DNA of 61,746 bases, the filler included, from Malassezia furfur (taxonomy: Eukaryota): assembly GCA_052055015.1 (NCBI GenBank). It is 2 parts of 2 records of this genome, joined end to end, with 100 filler letters (N's around TTAATTAATTAA, not from the genome) between each part and the next. Parts side by side here need not be neighbours in the genome. Positions count along the whole stretch, not along the records: positions 1 to 30,882 come from JBQJIT010000096.1; 1 more part is not named here. One strand, 5' to 3'. The position numbers and the translations under genes are program-made. The notes under the pieces were generated by a model, which was given only the letters and a program-made list of their open reading frames with translations, ran no database searches and was not told the DNA's origin. This document shows, piece after piece, positions 10,329-22,250 of this stretch. Position 1 is the stretch's first letter, and each line of letters opens with the position of its first letter.

Positions 10329-11618
10329 ATGCCGAAGGCGCTCGTATGCTTCCCTGGTGCGCCATATACCGAGCAAGCCGCGCGTGCCGCGGCAGACACA
10401 GTGCTGGAGGGATGGGAGGTACATACCCCTAAGGAAGCACCCGGAGATGCTGATGCAACCCCGCCCGGGTACGACGCCTACATTGTCGATTACGACCTTC
10501 TTCCTTTTGATGATCTCGCCCTGCAAAATGCCCTGTGCAGCAGTTACTACATCCGCAAGGCCCTTATTCGTAAGCACCACCTTGCACAGGCCTTGCATAT
10601 GTTCGGTGTGAAGCGCGGCGTGCCCGTGGATGTGATACCACACACATGGACGCTGGACGTCCAATTTGCAGACGAGCTTGACGAGCTCTTGGCGGACGAC
10701 CTCTACGATGTGCGCGACGCGCTCGTTGCGAACGAGTCATCCAAAGACACTGCCTGGTTCATTCTGAAGCCAGGTATGGCGGATCAAGGCAACGGTATTC
10801 AACTCTTCTCTTCGCTCGAACGTCTGCAGCAGATATTCGAAGAGATGGAGGATGCAAGCGACGACGAAGACAACGAAGAGAGCACCTATGCAAGTCATTT
10901 GCGCCATTTCGTTATACAGCAATACTTGGTACCTCCCATGCTCGTGGCGCCGAGCGAGGGAGGCATGCGCAAGTTTCATTTGCGAGCATATGTGATTTGC
11001 GTCGGAGGCCTGGCCGTGTACCTCCACGACGATATGCTTGCCTTGTTTGCCTCGGTTCCCTACTCGACTCCTTCTGAGGATGGTGACTTGCAGGGTCACC
11101 TGAGCAATACGTGTCTGGGTGAGCGCGAAGCAAAGGCACGCGGCGTGCCAGTACTCCCCAACGTGTTCCGACTGCGCGATCTTCTCGGCAAAGAAATTAG
11201 CACGCCGGAGTCTTCCACTGGTACCATGTCGCAGGCGCATCTGGATGCGATCCACCGGGGGGCAGTCGCAGCGATCGGCACCGTCTTTGAGGCCGTTGCG
11301 CGTGAAGCTTCGGTGCACTGGCAAATGTGGCCCAACGCGTTTGAGATTTTCGGTGTAGATCTGATGGTGACGGCCGATCCCAGTTTGTCACCCGAGTCGC
11401 TGCATGTGTGGCTTCTGGAGATCAATGCAGTATGTCCGCATCTAACACAGCAACCCGACTTTAAGCAAAGCGGCGAAGCGCTGCGAAAAACCATTGAACA
11501 CGTGTTCCAACGGGCACTTCAACTGGGGGTGCTGCGTTCCGAGTCGCCATGGACAAAGGAAGAGAGTCGCGATGGCGTCACTTGTTGCTTTGCAGAAGAA
11601 ATGGTGAAGGATGCATGA
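10329..11618 (+). CDS. Tubulin-tyrosine ligase (TTL/ATP-grasp) family protein, Pby1-C-like; in-frame intron 11430-11450 (21 nt)
   Basis: SSYYIRKALIRKH, WFILKPGMADQGNGI, FVIQQY, RKFHLRAYV, FEIFGVD, WLLEINA|QPDF. Confidence 0.88.
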   Translation: MPKALVCFPGAPYTEQAARAAADTVLEGWEVHTPKEAPGDADATPPGYDAYIVDYDLLPFDDLALQNALCSSYYIRKALIRKHHLAQALHMFGVKRGVPVDVIPHTWTLDVQFADELDELLADDLYDVRDALVANESSKDTAWFILKPGMADQGNGIQLFSSLERLQQIFEEMEDASDDEDNEESTYASHLRHFVIQQYLVPPMLVAPSEGGMRKFHLRAYVICVGGLAVYLHDDMLALFASVPYSTPSEDGDLQGHLSNTCLGEREAKARGVPVLPNVFRLRDLLGKEISTPESSTGTMSQAHLDAIHRGAVAAIGTVFEAVAREASVHWQMWPNAFEIFGVDLMVTADPSLSPESLHVWLLEINAVCPHLTQQPDFKQSGEALRKTIEHVFQRALQLGVLRSESPWTKEESRDGVTCCFAEEMVKDA

Positions 11619-11620
11619 GC

Positions 11621-12425
11621 TTATTTTGGTGAATCTTCGGCAAGGATTGCATGGGTAGCCAAGGGGCTGGGATGCGCAGGCGCATTGGCCGCGTTGAGGC
11701 GCGACGATAAAGTTTCCAACTCGACGGTGTGGACAGGTGTGCTGTGTCTCGATGTAACACGACGTGTGCGTGAGCCACGCGATGCAGGGAGCGTCGACTC
11801 TGAGTCACTTCCCGCTGTACTCCCCGCCTCGCTGGCATACGGACTCGAACTTTTTCGTTTCTTGCCCAAAGTGTGGAGCCCCAGATGCTCCCATTCCGAC
11901 TTGGCCGCCGACTTTCGCGAAGATTCGCGCCTCGGTCCCGAAACAGAGCGTTTTTTGTTTTCTTCATTGCTGTCTTGGTCTGCGTCACGTCCACTGACGC
12001 TGCGGTCGTTTACAAGTGCATAGATTTCGGTGCGGGTAGCCCCTTCCAGTCGGCGCGTGCCCGCGAGCCAAGGCGTAGTGGTGATGATGTGCTCAACCGC
12101 TAATTCGGATGTTTCGTGTCCCCCTTTCTCTCGCTTCGGCTTTTCGGGGGACCGTACAGCTCGGAACTTGCGCAAGGTACGGCTATGCGACAGGCTCGGC
12201 GGCGCGACTGGCATGGGGCTTGGCGGGACGGAGGTGGTCTGTGCTCTGGACCACGTGCGCAATAAATTCGGCCGCACGCAAAGATTTTTCTTCTTCTTTA
12301 ATGTCTTTAACAACGTCTGGGCTTTAGAGTCACTCGCTCCCTGCGCTTGCGCACACCCCTGGGGATTGCGGGCGCTCGTCGAGACGGAGATGAAAGTGCC
12401 ATGCGGCTTGGCTGTTGTAGCTCAT
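11621..12425 (-). CDS. Hypothetical basic low-complexity protein; 5' exon structure uncertain
   Basis: A 230-codon open frame at 11621-12313 fills the space between TTL and NOP9. An ATG at 12425 could be joined by a GTGTGC...CAG intron. Confidence 0.4.
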
Positions 12426-12466
12426 GCTAGGACGTTAGCCCCGTGGCATAAATTTTATCTGCATAG

Positions 12467-14476
12467 CTATGGAATAGCCGAAAGGATGTCGGCCAGTTGC
12501 TGGTCTGCTTGTCCATCGTCGTGCTTAGATGGTTTGCCGAGCTTGCATGTCCGCAAGAATGCAAATACATTGGCTGACTCCGTGGGCGCCGGGGCAGTTG
12601 GAGGCGTGGATTGGCCTTTGGCCCACTCCTTCCACTCGCCATAACTCTTGCGATATACGCCCAGACGCAATTTGCGCACGAAGAACCGCCCATAGGCGGA
12701 CGCGAGCAGTTGTTTTTCATGCGAAACGGCCAGTTCAGCGATTTTATCTTTGGTGAAGCCGTCTGCCGCACTCCATACAGCGTCTGCGACACGACTGCCC
12801 CAGGCATCGTCAGACAACTCGATAAGAAGGGGAAGAAGCGAGCGAAGAAGCGAGCGGCGTTGAGCAAAAGTCGCCGTAGGGGCTGTCAGAGCACTGAGCA
12901 CGACATGGACGGCCGTAGCAGAACAGCACCATTCCTTCAGACTCTCGCTTTTCGTGAGGCTCGCAAACAGAAGGTCTTGACGAGGCGCGTGCAGCTGCGC
13001 CACGCGCTGAAGCAAAATGCTGCCCTGCGTCGTGAATTTATCGTCCTCTTTCCGCTTTTTCTTGTCTTTCCCTTCCACGACCGTGTGGGTGTAAGCTTTG
13101 AATGTGCGCATACTCAGCAAGACGGGCACAAACAGTGCGGCATCGCCATCCTCGGGGAATCGGAAGGCTGCAAGGACTGCACGCAGAACTTCCTCTTCGA
13201 GATGGTCCCCTTGTGCGCAGCGCTCCACAGCAGTTTGCAGTACGCCGAGCACTTGATTCTTTACCAGATGGTCGCCCGCTTGTTCAAGCTCTGCAATCGT
13301 CTTGCGGAAAGGCTCAGAATGCAGGGGCAAGAGACGGACGACGGTGGCAACGACAAAGTTGGCACAGGGGTGCCCACCGAGTTTAGATACGCGCCCGTCG
13401 ATGTAAATGTCGTAGAAACGGGCCAAAGTCGAAGCTGAGGCTCCACGCAGAGCACTCTCCAGGACGTGCGTTGCGACAGCGTCACGGATTGCCGATTCAA
13501 TGACGTCGCTGCGTTCGGTCTGCTTTCCAGATAGATCGCCGAGAACACGCGAGGTCAAAGAGTCTGAGCGTTCCGCCATGCTTTTCTTTCCATCACGCAG
13601 GCCGCTTTCGAGTTTGAGCAGAAGGCTAAGCGTCGGTGCGACGACGGCATTCGGGAGGAGCGAATAGAGCGTAGTGGGCGGCAGAGAAGCATGAAGGTCT
13701 TCATACAACTGGTAGACAAGAGGCAAGAAATTGTAAGGGACGTTGAGTGGCCCACTTTCAACTGGCTCCGAAGATGTATCCACCATCGCACGCTGGCGCT
13801 CTTTGGACCGGTACTTGGTGCTCCGCTTGGAACGGAGGTCTTCCAGAGACGTGATCGGTACACCAGTCAAAAGCCCCATAATGCTCCGCAGGACATGCGT
13901 CGCAAACGGATCAGACATCATCGTTTCGAGGGAAGGCTCGATTTCATGGAACATGGCTTCCACCAACTGAGGCAGGGTTCGTAGGTCGCCCTCAATGGTC
14001 TTCGGCGCCTGTTTCGTATGGTCCATGCTGTTCAACATTTTTTGTGCAGCAGAAAGCATGGACTGAAGGACGTGCGAGCCGTAGCGATGGGTTGCGAGGA
14101 CCACGTAACTGCCCGACATGCGATCGAAGAAAACACGGAGCGCCTTTTCCTTCATGATCCCCGCCATGTTCTCCAGTACGAGCGAACACGTCGGATCGGT
14201 CGCAAGCGACAGTTCATTCCCATCCATTTCTGTCAGTGCTGCCTTGAGCAGGAGCTCAGCCTCTTCACTGCCGGCGTCGGGGTCTTCGTTATGCAGAAGG
14301 TTGGTCAGAGTCGCATTCACCTCCTTGAAATACGCCTGCATTTCAGGAGCAACAAGCCCAAATGGCGTATTGGCTTCGCTCATGTTCACCCATTCTGGTT
14401 CTTCAGCAGGCGCCTCCTCGGGCTCCTGCCTGTGTTTGCTGCGCTTCGGCGCGCGACGTCGCTCCGCTTGGACCAT
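12467..14476 (-). CDS. NOP9: Nucleolar protein 9 (Pumilio repeats)
   Basis: PFGLV...YFK, LATDPTCSLVLE, LATHRYGSHVLQ, DPFATHVLR, RSKRS, HPCANFVV, GSRVADAVW. Confidence 0.9.
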   Translation of the reverse strand: MVQAERRRAPKRSKHRQEPEEAPAEEPEWVNMSEANTPFGLVAPEMQAYFKEVNATLTNLLHNEDPDAGSEEAELLLKAALTEMDGNELSLATDPTCSLVLENMAGIMKEKALRVFFDRMSGSYVVLATHRYGSHVLQSMLSAAQKMLNSMDHTKQAPKTIEGDLRTLPQLVEAMFHEIEPSLETMMSDPFATHVLRSIMGLLTGVPITSLEDLRSKRSTKYRSKERQRAMVDTSSEPVESGPLNVPYNFLPLVYQLYEDLHASLPPTTLYSLLPNAVVAPTLSLLLKLESGLRDGKKSMAERSDSLTSRVLGDLSGKQTERSDVIESAIRDAVATHVLESALRGASASTLARFYDIYIDGRVSKLGGHPCANFVVATVVRLLPLHSEPFRKTIAELEQAGDHLVKNQVLGVLQTAVERCAQGDHLEEEVLRAVLAAFRFPEDGDAALFVPVLLSMRTFKAYTHTVVEGKDKKKRKEDDKFTTQGSILLQRVAQLHAPRQDLLFASLTKSESLKEWCCSATAVHVVLSALTAPTATFAQRRSLLRSLLPLLIELSDDAWGSRVADAVWSAADGFTKDKIAELAVSHEKQLLASAYGRFFVRKLRLGVYRKSYGEWKEWAKGQSTPPTAPAPTESANVFAFLRTCKLGKPSKHDDGQADQQLADILSAIP

Positions 14477-14566
14477 TCCCAGCTGTGGAGGAGCGAAAAA
14501 AAGTGTCACGTGGACATGCTCAGATAAGACCGGCGGGGCCCGAATTAAGTTCCCCAGTCTGCTATC

Positions 14567-15844
14567 ATGTCGTCGAGTCATGGACGTGTGCTGCTTGCGT
14601 ACTCGGGTGGTTTGGACACCTCGACTATCCTTGCCTGGCTGATCGATGAGGGTTATGAAGTGATTGCATACCTCGCGAACGTCGGTCAGGAGGAGGACTT
14701 TGACGCCGTGCGCGAGAAGGCGCTCAAGTGCGGTGCGAAGGAGTTCATCGTCGAAGATCTGCGTCGCGAATTCGTCGAGGAGCTCATCTTCCCGGCCGTG
14801 CAGGCGAACGCCATTTACGAGGATGTGTACCTGCTGGGTACTTCCCTGGCCCGCCCTGTCATCGCCCGTGGCATGATCGAGACGGCGACGAAGAAGGGGT
14901 GTGAATACGTTTCGCACGGCTGCACCGGCAAGGGCAACGACCAGGTCCGCTTCGAGCTCGCGTTCTATGGTCTCAAGCCGGATATCAAGGTGATTGCGCC
15001 CTGGCGTCTGCCCAAGTTCTACGAGCGTTTCGCTGGCCGCAGTGCGTTGCTCGAATACGCCGAGTCGAAGGGCATTCCCGTCACGCAGACCAAGTCGAAG
15101 CCCTGGTCTACGGACGAGAACTTGTTCCACATCTCGTACGAGGCGGGTATCCTAGAGGACCCCAACACCACGCCACCGGACGACATGTGGAAGCTCACGC
15201 AGTCGCCGCAGAAGGCGCCTGACACGCCCGAGAAGATCACTATTGAGTTCAAGCAGGGCATTCCCGTCAAGGTGACGAAAACCGAGTCGGGTGAGAGCTA
15301 CACGGACTCGGTTGACGTGTTCCTGCAGCTCAATGCTCTTGCTCGCAAGCACGGCATTGGCCGTGTGGATATCGTGGAGAACCGCTTCATCGGTGTCAAG
15401 TCGCGTGGCTGCTACGAGTCGCCGGGTGCCACGATTCTGCGTGCGGCCCACATCGACCTCGAGGGCCTGACGCTGGACCGTGAGGTGCGCCGCCTGCGTG
15501 ACCAGATCGTGACGACCAAGTTCTCCGAGATCCTGTACTACGGCTTCTTCTTCTCGCCCGAGAGCAAGTATGTGCGTGGCTGCATCCCCCCCAGCCAAAC
15601 GACGGTGAACGGTGTGGTGAAGCTGAGCCTGTACAAGGGCAATGTTGTCATCGAGGGCCGCAGCTCGAACGAGTTGCTGTACGACGAGAAGTTCTCGTCC
15701 ATGGACGAGCTCGGTGGCTTCGAGCCCGAGAACACCTCGGGCTTCATCGCAGTGCATGCCATCCGTCTGCGCCGCTACGGTCTGGGCCAGGCCGAAAAGG
15801 GCAAGGCGGGCGCCGACACCAAGGCGGCCTATGCGCTCGAATAA
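14567..15844 (+). CDS. ARG1: Argininosuccinate synthase
   Basis: LAYSGGLDTS, YLLGTSLARP, HGCTGKGNDQVRFE, ENRFIGVKSRGCYE; strong codon bias. Confidence 0.98.
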   Translation: MSSSHGRVLLAYSGGLDTSTILAWLIDEGYEVIAYLANVGQEEDFDAVREKALKCGAKEFIVEDLRREFVEELIFPAVQANAIYEDVYLLGTSLARPVIARGMIETATKKGCEYVSHGCTGKGNDQVRFELAFYGLKPDIKVIAPWRLPKFYERFAGRSALLEYAESKGIPVTQTKSKPWSTDENLFHISYEAGILEDPNTTPPDDMWKLTQSPQKAPDTPEKITIEFKQGIPVKVTKTESGESYTDSVDVFLQLNALARKHGIGRVDIVENRFIGVKSRGCYESPGATILRAAHIDLEGLTLDREVRRLRDQIVTTKFSEILYYGFFFSPESKYVRGCIPPSQTTVNGVVKLSLYKGNVVIEGRSSNELLYDEKFSSMDELGGFEPENTSGFIAVHAIRLRRYGLGQAEKGKAGADTKAAYALE

Positions 15845-15889
15845 GTAGATGACATAAGCATATCGGATGTTTCGTGCGCCGCCGCTTTC

Positions 15890-16309
15890 ATGTTGCGTTC
15901 GCCAGGGGGCCTGCTTCGCGGTGTGCGCTACTACGTGTCTCGGAGCGTGATGTCCGTCGAAGACAGCATCCGCGCAAAGATCTCAGATGCCTTTGCGCCC
16001 TCGCACCTGTTTATCCGCAATGAGTACGTGCGTGTGGCTCATTCAGCTCGTCCAAGCACGCACACCACGCGGCGATGGCCGCTCAAAACGGTGGCAACGG
16101 CGAGACGCGTACGTCGACACACTCACCCAGACTTCTTCGTGGAAGTTGTCTCGGACCAGTTCCAAGGGAAGCCACAGATCGCGCGGCACCGTGCGGTGAA
16201 TGCACTGCTCGCGTCCGAATTCGAGCGCGGCGTCCACGCCTTGAGCCTGCGGCTCAAGACACCCGCCGAAATCGAGCGGGAGCGCACAGGGTGCTGTTCG
16301 TCGAGATAG
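15890..16309 (+). CDS. BolA-family protein (mitochondrial); introns 16024-16046 (23 nt) and 16109-16130 (22 nt)
   Basis: Splicing restores RNDSSKHAHH...GETHFFVEVVSDQFQGK..IARHRAV...GVHALSL. Confidence 0.88.
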   Translation: MLRSPGGLLRGVRYYVSRSVMSVEDSIRAKISDAFAPSHLFIRNEYVRVAHSARPSTHTTRRWPLKTVATARRVRRHTHPDFFVEVVSDQFQGKPQIARHRAVNALLASEFERGVHALSLRLKTPAEIERERTGCCSSR

Positions 16310-16318
16310 AAAGTTTAT

Positions 16319-17926
16319 CTAAACATGTTCTATTGCCATGCCTGTCCCCTCGCACCGAGTGCGTCCCAAGTCTTCCACAAAGCTGCGGCCCCACCACGAG
16401 GCGGTATGCCGCTTGACGTAGCGGAGCAGTTTCTCTGCGTTCTTCTCGCGCGTCTCCGAGTCCATGGTGAGCGCGGTGTGGATCGCGTCGGCGACCGCGA
16501 ACCGGTCCCAGGGGTTAACGATCAGCGAGCCGTTCAGCGACTGGGCAGCGCCAGCGAACTCGGAGAGGATCATGACGCCATTGCGGCCCTGCTGGCACGC
16601 GACGTACTCGTAGGAGACGAGGTTCATTCCGTCGCGTGTACTGGTGACGAGGCACACGTCACTCACAGCGTACAGCGCACACAGCTCGTCAAAGCTCACC
16701 GAGCGGTACAAAAGGTGAATGGGCAGGCTCTCCACGGTGCCAAAACGCCCGTTGATGCGGCCCACCATCTCATTGACGGTGGCGCGCAGGTTCTGGTACT
16801 CCTCAACATCTTGCCGAGACGGGACAGCAATCTGCACCAGCACGGCACGCCCGATCCACTCCGGATGGTCCTCGAAGAAGGTCTCGAGGCCCTGTAGCTT
16901 CTGGGGCAGCCCCTTGATGTAGTCGAGCCGGTCGATCCCGACAATGATCTTCACTCCCTCGAAGCGGCGCTTCAGCGCAGAGATGCGGTTCTGTACAGGT
17001 TCACGCAGGAGCGCCTCTTCGAATTGCTGCGGCTCAATGCCGATGGGGTAGGTCCGCACCTGGACGCGCCGCCCACAAAAGTCGGCGCCGTTGGGGAAGG
17101 TCGGTAGGCCCAGGATGCGCGAGCACGACGACAAAAAGTGGCGCACATAGTCGTACGTGTGGAATCCGATCAGGTCGCAATGTAGAATGCCGAGCAGGAT
17201 CTCGCGGCGGACGGGAAGGATGCTGGGTTAGGAGCGCGCAACGCACCGATACACTTCGCTGCTGGGGAAGGGGGTATGCAAGAAGAAACCAATGTGGATG
17301 TCCTTACGCCGCAGGCTTGTGCTGCCCCCGCTCGGCGCGTCGAGGAACATCATCGATTCCGACACAATGTCCGTGTATAGGTCTGATGTGAGGCCGAGCT
17401 TGGCACAGTCGCCTGGCACCATCACGTCAATGTCCGAGTCCTCGAGCAGGCCCGAGAGCATGAGCGGGAGCAGCATCAGGTGGTAGTCTTGAACCCAGAC
17501 GCGGTCTCCCGGGCGCAGGATCTGGCGCACGGTCGCAGCGAAGCACCGGTTCGCCTCGCGGTAGGCGATCCAATTCGCCTCGTCAAAGTTCATCTCGCCG
17601 GGGTGGTAGTGGAAGAGGGGCCAAAGGATCGAGTTGGAGAATCCGTTGTAGTGCCGCTCAGCCAGTTCCTCGGGAAGCCACACGGCCTTGCAGTTGTACT
17701 CTTCGCTGAGTGTCGTCTCGATGAACGGGAAACTGCTCGGGGGCACCGAAATGCCCGGCCAGCCGATCCACGTAAAGTCCATCGTCTTCTTTGTACCACG
17801 CAGCGCAGAAACGAGCCCACCGGGTGACTTGCTAAATGCAAAGCCGCCCGGTGCGGACGTGTCCTTCTTGATCGTCACCGGCAGTCGGTTCGACACGACC
17901 ACCAGCCGTTGGGTCGATTCGGGCAT
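16319..17926 (-). CDS. TPS1: Trehalose-6-phosphate synthase; intron 17223-17246 (24 nt)
   Basis: VVSNRLP, GGLVSAL, WIGWPG, LWPLFHY, WVQDYHL, FFLHTPFPSSEVYR|ILP, DRLDYIKG, RDGMNLV, LSEFAGAA. Confidence 0.96.
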
Positions 17927-18056
17927 TGTGGAGGCGGGACGCGGAGAACAGCGCCTCAGCGCGGGGGGCATCACCGCGCCCGGCACACGCCGTGATGGCC
18001 CATGCCGAGCTCAAACGGCGGCCGTCATGTGCAATGCAGACAGGTAGGGGATTCAT

Positions 18057-18958
18057 CTACTTCTCTTCTTTATTTTTCGGAAGACTCATGGGCAGGTCAT
18101 CGTCGTGCTGGACGAGGTCGTAATATTCATGCCGGCGGGGGTCGCTCATACGCTTCAACAGGTGCTTTTTCACACGGTCTTCGGGGCGTACAATGATGAC
18201 GGGGACGGGAGATTGCCAAATGAGGGACTTGCTGAGGTTGCCTAGCGGCGTGGTCCCCAGCATCTTTTCCAACGCGCTCACCTGCTTGCCGCGCGTGCCG
18301 ATGGTGAGGCTCTCTGGGCGGTACATAGTTACCAGGCGCAAGATAGACGACTTGATGGGGCCTGACAGGAACTCGACGGTGATGGAAATCTGGATGAGGG
18401 CATGCGACGTACCTTGCGTGTGTTTTCGTTCAACTCCACGATCGAGGAAAGCAGCGAGTGGGCGCCCTCGCGAGCCTTTTCCTGTGTGACCACTGCGTAA
18501 GCCATGCACACGCACCGTCCTGCTCGCTGTCCAGCACACGCACGGCGACGATCTCGTCCCCGTCGTCCACGAGATTCTCCATGATCCACTCCAGGGCACG
18601 TTCGCTGCGTAAGTTGGCAGAAGACAAACCTGCTCTCGGTGGCATCCACAGCGCACATAAACGTGCGCGTATGCTTTGTGCGCGAGTATCCGTGAGACTT
18701 GACTTGTAGCGTATAGGAGGCACTCCCACTCACGGTGTCTTCGGCATCGGGCATCGTATCGAAGCCGACGATCCGTTCGTACCCCTTCCAGATGGCATCG
18801 TCGTCCTTGGTTTGGCGCGAAAACAGCGACATGCGGTTCCGCCGTTTTCTACGCGAGACTTCTGGCGAGACATGGGCTTGGGGGTGCCGGGCCTGCATCG
18901 CCTGCACGTACTCGGTTGGCCCGAGGCGCGAGGGCGAAATTCGACCACTCCCGGACAT
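18057..18958 (-). CDS. Universal stress protein (USP) domain protein; introns 18605-18629, 18493-18515, 18390-18412
   Basis: RTFMCAVD...SERALEW...DGDEIVAVRV...LTIGTRG...LIWQSPVPVIIVRP. Confidence 0.82.
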
Positions 18959-18993
18959 GAAGGTGGAGGAAGGACTGTGGGGCCGCCTACTTT

Positions 18994-21191
18994 TTACAAA
19001 CCCAAGTTCATCGACAGCATCGGGTCACCCGGCCACGATGCGTTGGTGTTGGTGTTGGCCGACGCGCTTTGCGCCTGTCCAAGGAGGTTCTGTATGAGCG
19101 CAGACTGGGGGTCGATGGGCTGCTCTTGCATAGCCGGTCTGCCGAGCAGCTGCGACATGAGATCGCCCTGCGGCGCCGCTGGCATCGTCGGGGGATACGC
19201 ATTTGACGCGGTAGGCGCCATGTGGGTGGCCGCCAGAGGATCGGGCATGGGGAAGGTCGTAGGTTGTGCCGTAGGAGTGGGTATACTTTGGGGTTGCGGC
19301 ACCGAAATCATTCCGCGTGTGTTGGCCGACAGACTTCCGGACGGCTGCACGGCCAGCTGGTTCAGGGGGATTGGCGTCTGGAACACGAGCGCCAAAAGCT
19401 GTGGTGCGCCGCCCGAGCTGCGCGCCACCGAGGCGAGGAGCAGTCCGCAATTGGGCGCACCGTGCGGAATGTATGCCGCGCGTTGATTCTGTAGCAGCGT
19501 TGCGGCAAGCATGCGGTAGTTTTGCTCGTTGTTCTCGGCGCCACGGATAGCCATGTTGGGCGGAAAGGGCCGAAGAGACAAGAGCGCACACGGCACGCGC
19601 CGCGAGGTGATGAGCTGCTGCAGCACGTTGGGCGCCGCGGGCACAAATGCGCTGATGCTCATCAAGTTGGGCCATGGCAGAGCCAGCGAATGCTGCACCG
19701 CCTGGAAATGCATCGCAGACGCGACGACAAGGGTAAACATGTTGTCGTCGCTCTGGCCTGATGAGCCCCACTTGATGAGACCCTGCCAAAAGGCACGCGG
19801 CTTGGCATCGCTGGTCGCCGACGGGGCACCTGGAGCAGGCACGGCCGACGCTGCTGGTGGGGGCTTCGTCTGGCCCAGCATGCTGCTCGGTCCGCCTAAG
19901 TGGATGCTCGCCTCGCGTGCCTCCTTGTCGATGTTGATGAGCGACTGCAGGATCGAATCGAGATTCGGCTGCTTGCCGCTTTGGAGCAGCTCGGCCTGGC
20001 GCTTGATGGCGCTCTGCTGCACAAGTACTGGGTGAGTAGTTGGGGTACGTACGCTGCTGCCGGATCTGCTCGAGCATCTGGCCCTGCAGGTTGGTACCTG
20101 CGGCATGGTCGCCCCGGCCAGCCCGACTGGACCGTGCGTCCTGGACAGAGGCAATTTGTGTGAGGTTTTTCAGCATGGTCGATTGCTGCTGCTGGAGCAG
20201 CATCAGCTTGTTGAACAGCGCGGGGTCGGCTTTCGCCGTCGGCGGCATGGAGGCAGAGGTCATGGGCGAGTCAGTCGTACGTGTCCGCTTAGGCTTGGGT
20301 ATCGCGTCGCTTGATGTACGTGCCTCCTTCTGTAGCGCTTGCACCACTTCCGCACCGGTTACAAGAATCTCGACGTTGGCGGGCGGCTTCCACTGTGCGC
20401 CCAATAGTTCATGTACGTCGACATTCTTGTCCGCGGGGTGCGTGCAGAGCAACTCGTGGGCATTGCGCGCCGTCGACGAGCGTGCGCGCGCATTGCCTTC
20501 CCGCGCGCTCAGCACGGTCGCAATCGACACGGAACGCTGATTGAGGTCGGCGATCAGGTCGCGCACCGGCATGCGATCGAAGCGCGCATCGGCATTGACC
20601 ATGGGCATCTGCGACGTGATGCGGATGGGCGGTGCGTCGGTGGCGCGCTCGAGCGCAAAGACATGCACGACATGCTTGGCGAGGACAGGCGAGAAGTTGG
20701 CGCGGAGTGCCGCGCGTGCAAACGGCGCGATGTGCTTGGGCGGATCGCGTGCACGCAACATCTGTGTGAGTCGCCTCGCGTGCACACACCTCGAGGGCAG
20801 CCGCAAGGGCGTCGGCGAGCGGTGCCTCGGTCTCGCTCGGTGCGTCGAGCTGCAGACGCTGCGACGCCTCGCTCGATTGTAGCGACTCCTTGATCCGCGC
20901 GGAAAACCGCGTCGCGGGGAGAAATGGAATGCGCTCTATGCTCTCGTATGGCCGCACGAGTGCGTCCAGGTCGCCGCTCGGCTCTGAGCGGTACACGACC
21001 CCGCCGACCAGCAGCCGCGAGTCGCGCTGCAGCGCCGAGAGCGCGAAGAACAGCGGGCCAAGCGCGCCTTCGTCCAGCTCCTGCCACTGTGCACGTAGCG
21101 CTGCACTGTCGTGCACGAGGCAGACGAGAAGCACCTCGGGCATACGCTGCGCATCCTCTTGGACCACGGCCGGCGATGCACCCGCCGCCAT
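18994..21191 (-). CDS. Probable Mediator subunit MED25-like protein (N-terminal vWA-like domain, Q-rich linker, ACID/PTOV-like domain, P/Q tail); introns 20762-20789 and 20028-20052
   Basis: N-terminal VLLVCLVHDSAAL...W...L.P...GGVVY and LADALAAALE|ML...KHVVHV. C-terminal AFWQGLIKW...WPNLMSI...NYRMLAATL...AAYI...GLLL...LLALVF. Family assigned from pattern recall only. Confidence 0.55.
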
Positions 21192-21240
21192 CGTTCCTGG
21201 CACAGCTTAGTCAGCGGGTTCCCGTCTACTCCCATCCAAC

Positions 21241-22250
21241 ATGTGCTGTGGAACGAAAGCGCTCGCTGCAGTCGGCGCGGTGGTCTTGATCGCCGTTGCT
21301 GCGTACCTGCTCTACCTGGTACTTGAGATCCATGTCCTTCCTGGTATCCCGCTCACGACGTACGGTGCCAACACCAAGTCGCGCGGCTCCGGCAGCTGGG
21401 CGCTGGTGACCGGTGCGACGGACGGCATTGGCCGCTCATTTGCCGTGCAGCTGGCCAAGAACGGCTTCAATGTCGTGCTGGTAAGCCGTACCAAGGCGAA
21501 GCTCGAGGAGCTGAACCGCGAGATCCAGAGCAAGTACGTCGGCACCAAGACGGCCATCTACGCCATGGACTTCTCCGTGGCTTCGGCGGCCGAGTACGAG
21601 GGCCTCGGTAGCCTGATCAGCCACCTGGACGTCGCTGTGCTTGTGAACAACGTGGGCACGTCGCACGAGATGCCCGAGACGTTCATGGACATGGCCGAGT
21701 CGGAAATCGAGCGCATCACGAACATGAACGTGATTGTCACGCAGCGTGTCACGAAGCTCGTGGCGCCCAAGCTCGTGGCGCGCAAGCGCGGCCTGATCCT
21801 CAATCTCGGCTCGTTCACGGGCCAGTGGGGCACGCCCATGATGGCCACCTACGCGGGCTCCAAGGCGTTCCTGATCGGCTGGACGTATGCGCTCGGCGAG
21901 GAGATGCGCCGCGCGAACGTCGATGTGCAGCTGCTCAACACCTTCTTCGTGGTGAGCAGCATGTCCAAGATCCGCCGTGCCTCGCTGATGATTCCGTACC
22001 CCGACGACTACGTCAAGGCCGCGCTCGCGCGCATCGGCCGCTCGACGGGTGCGCTCGGCAGGCCCTTCACAATGACCCCCTGGCCCGCGCACGCGTGGCT
22101 TGACTGGGTGACGTCGCACCTGATGCCTGCCGGCCTGATGCTCAGCCGCTCCTATGGTACGTTTTGAGATGCACGACTGACCCAGACTACAACGTGAACA
22201 CGCGCAAGCGTGCTATCCGCAAGGCGGAGCAGCTTGCCAAAAAGCAGTAA
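21241..22250 (+). CDS. IFA38: Very-long-chain 3-oxoacyl-CoA reductase (SDR); intron 22157-22185 (29 nt)
   Basis: N-terminal transmembrane segment, [25 protein letters not shown] catalytic motif, [10 protein letters not shown]; spliced end ...[15 protein letters not shown]. Confidence 0.9.
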
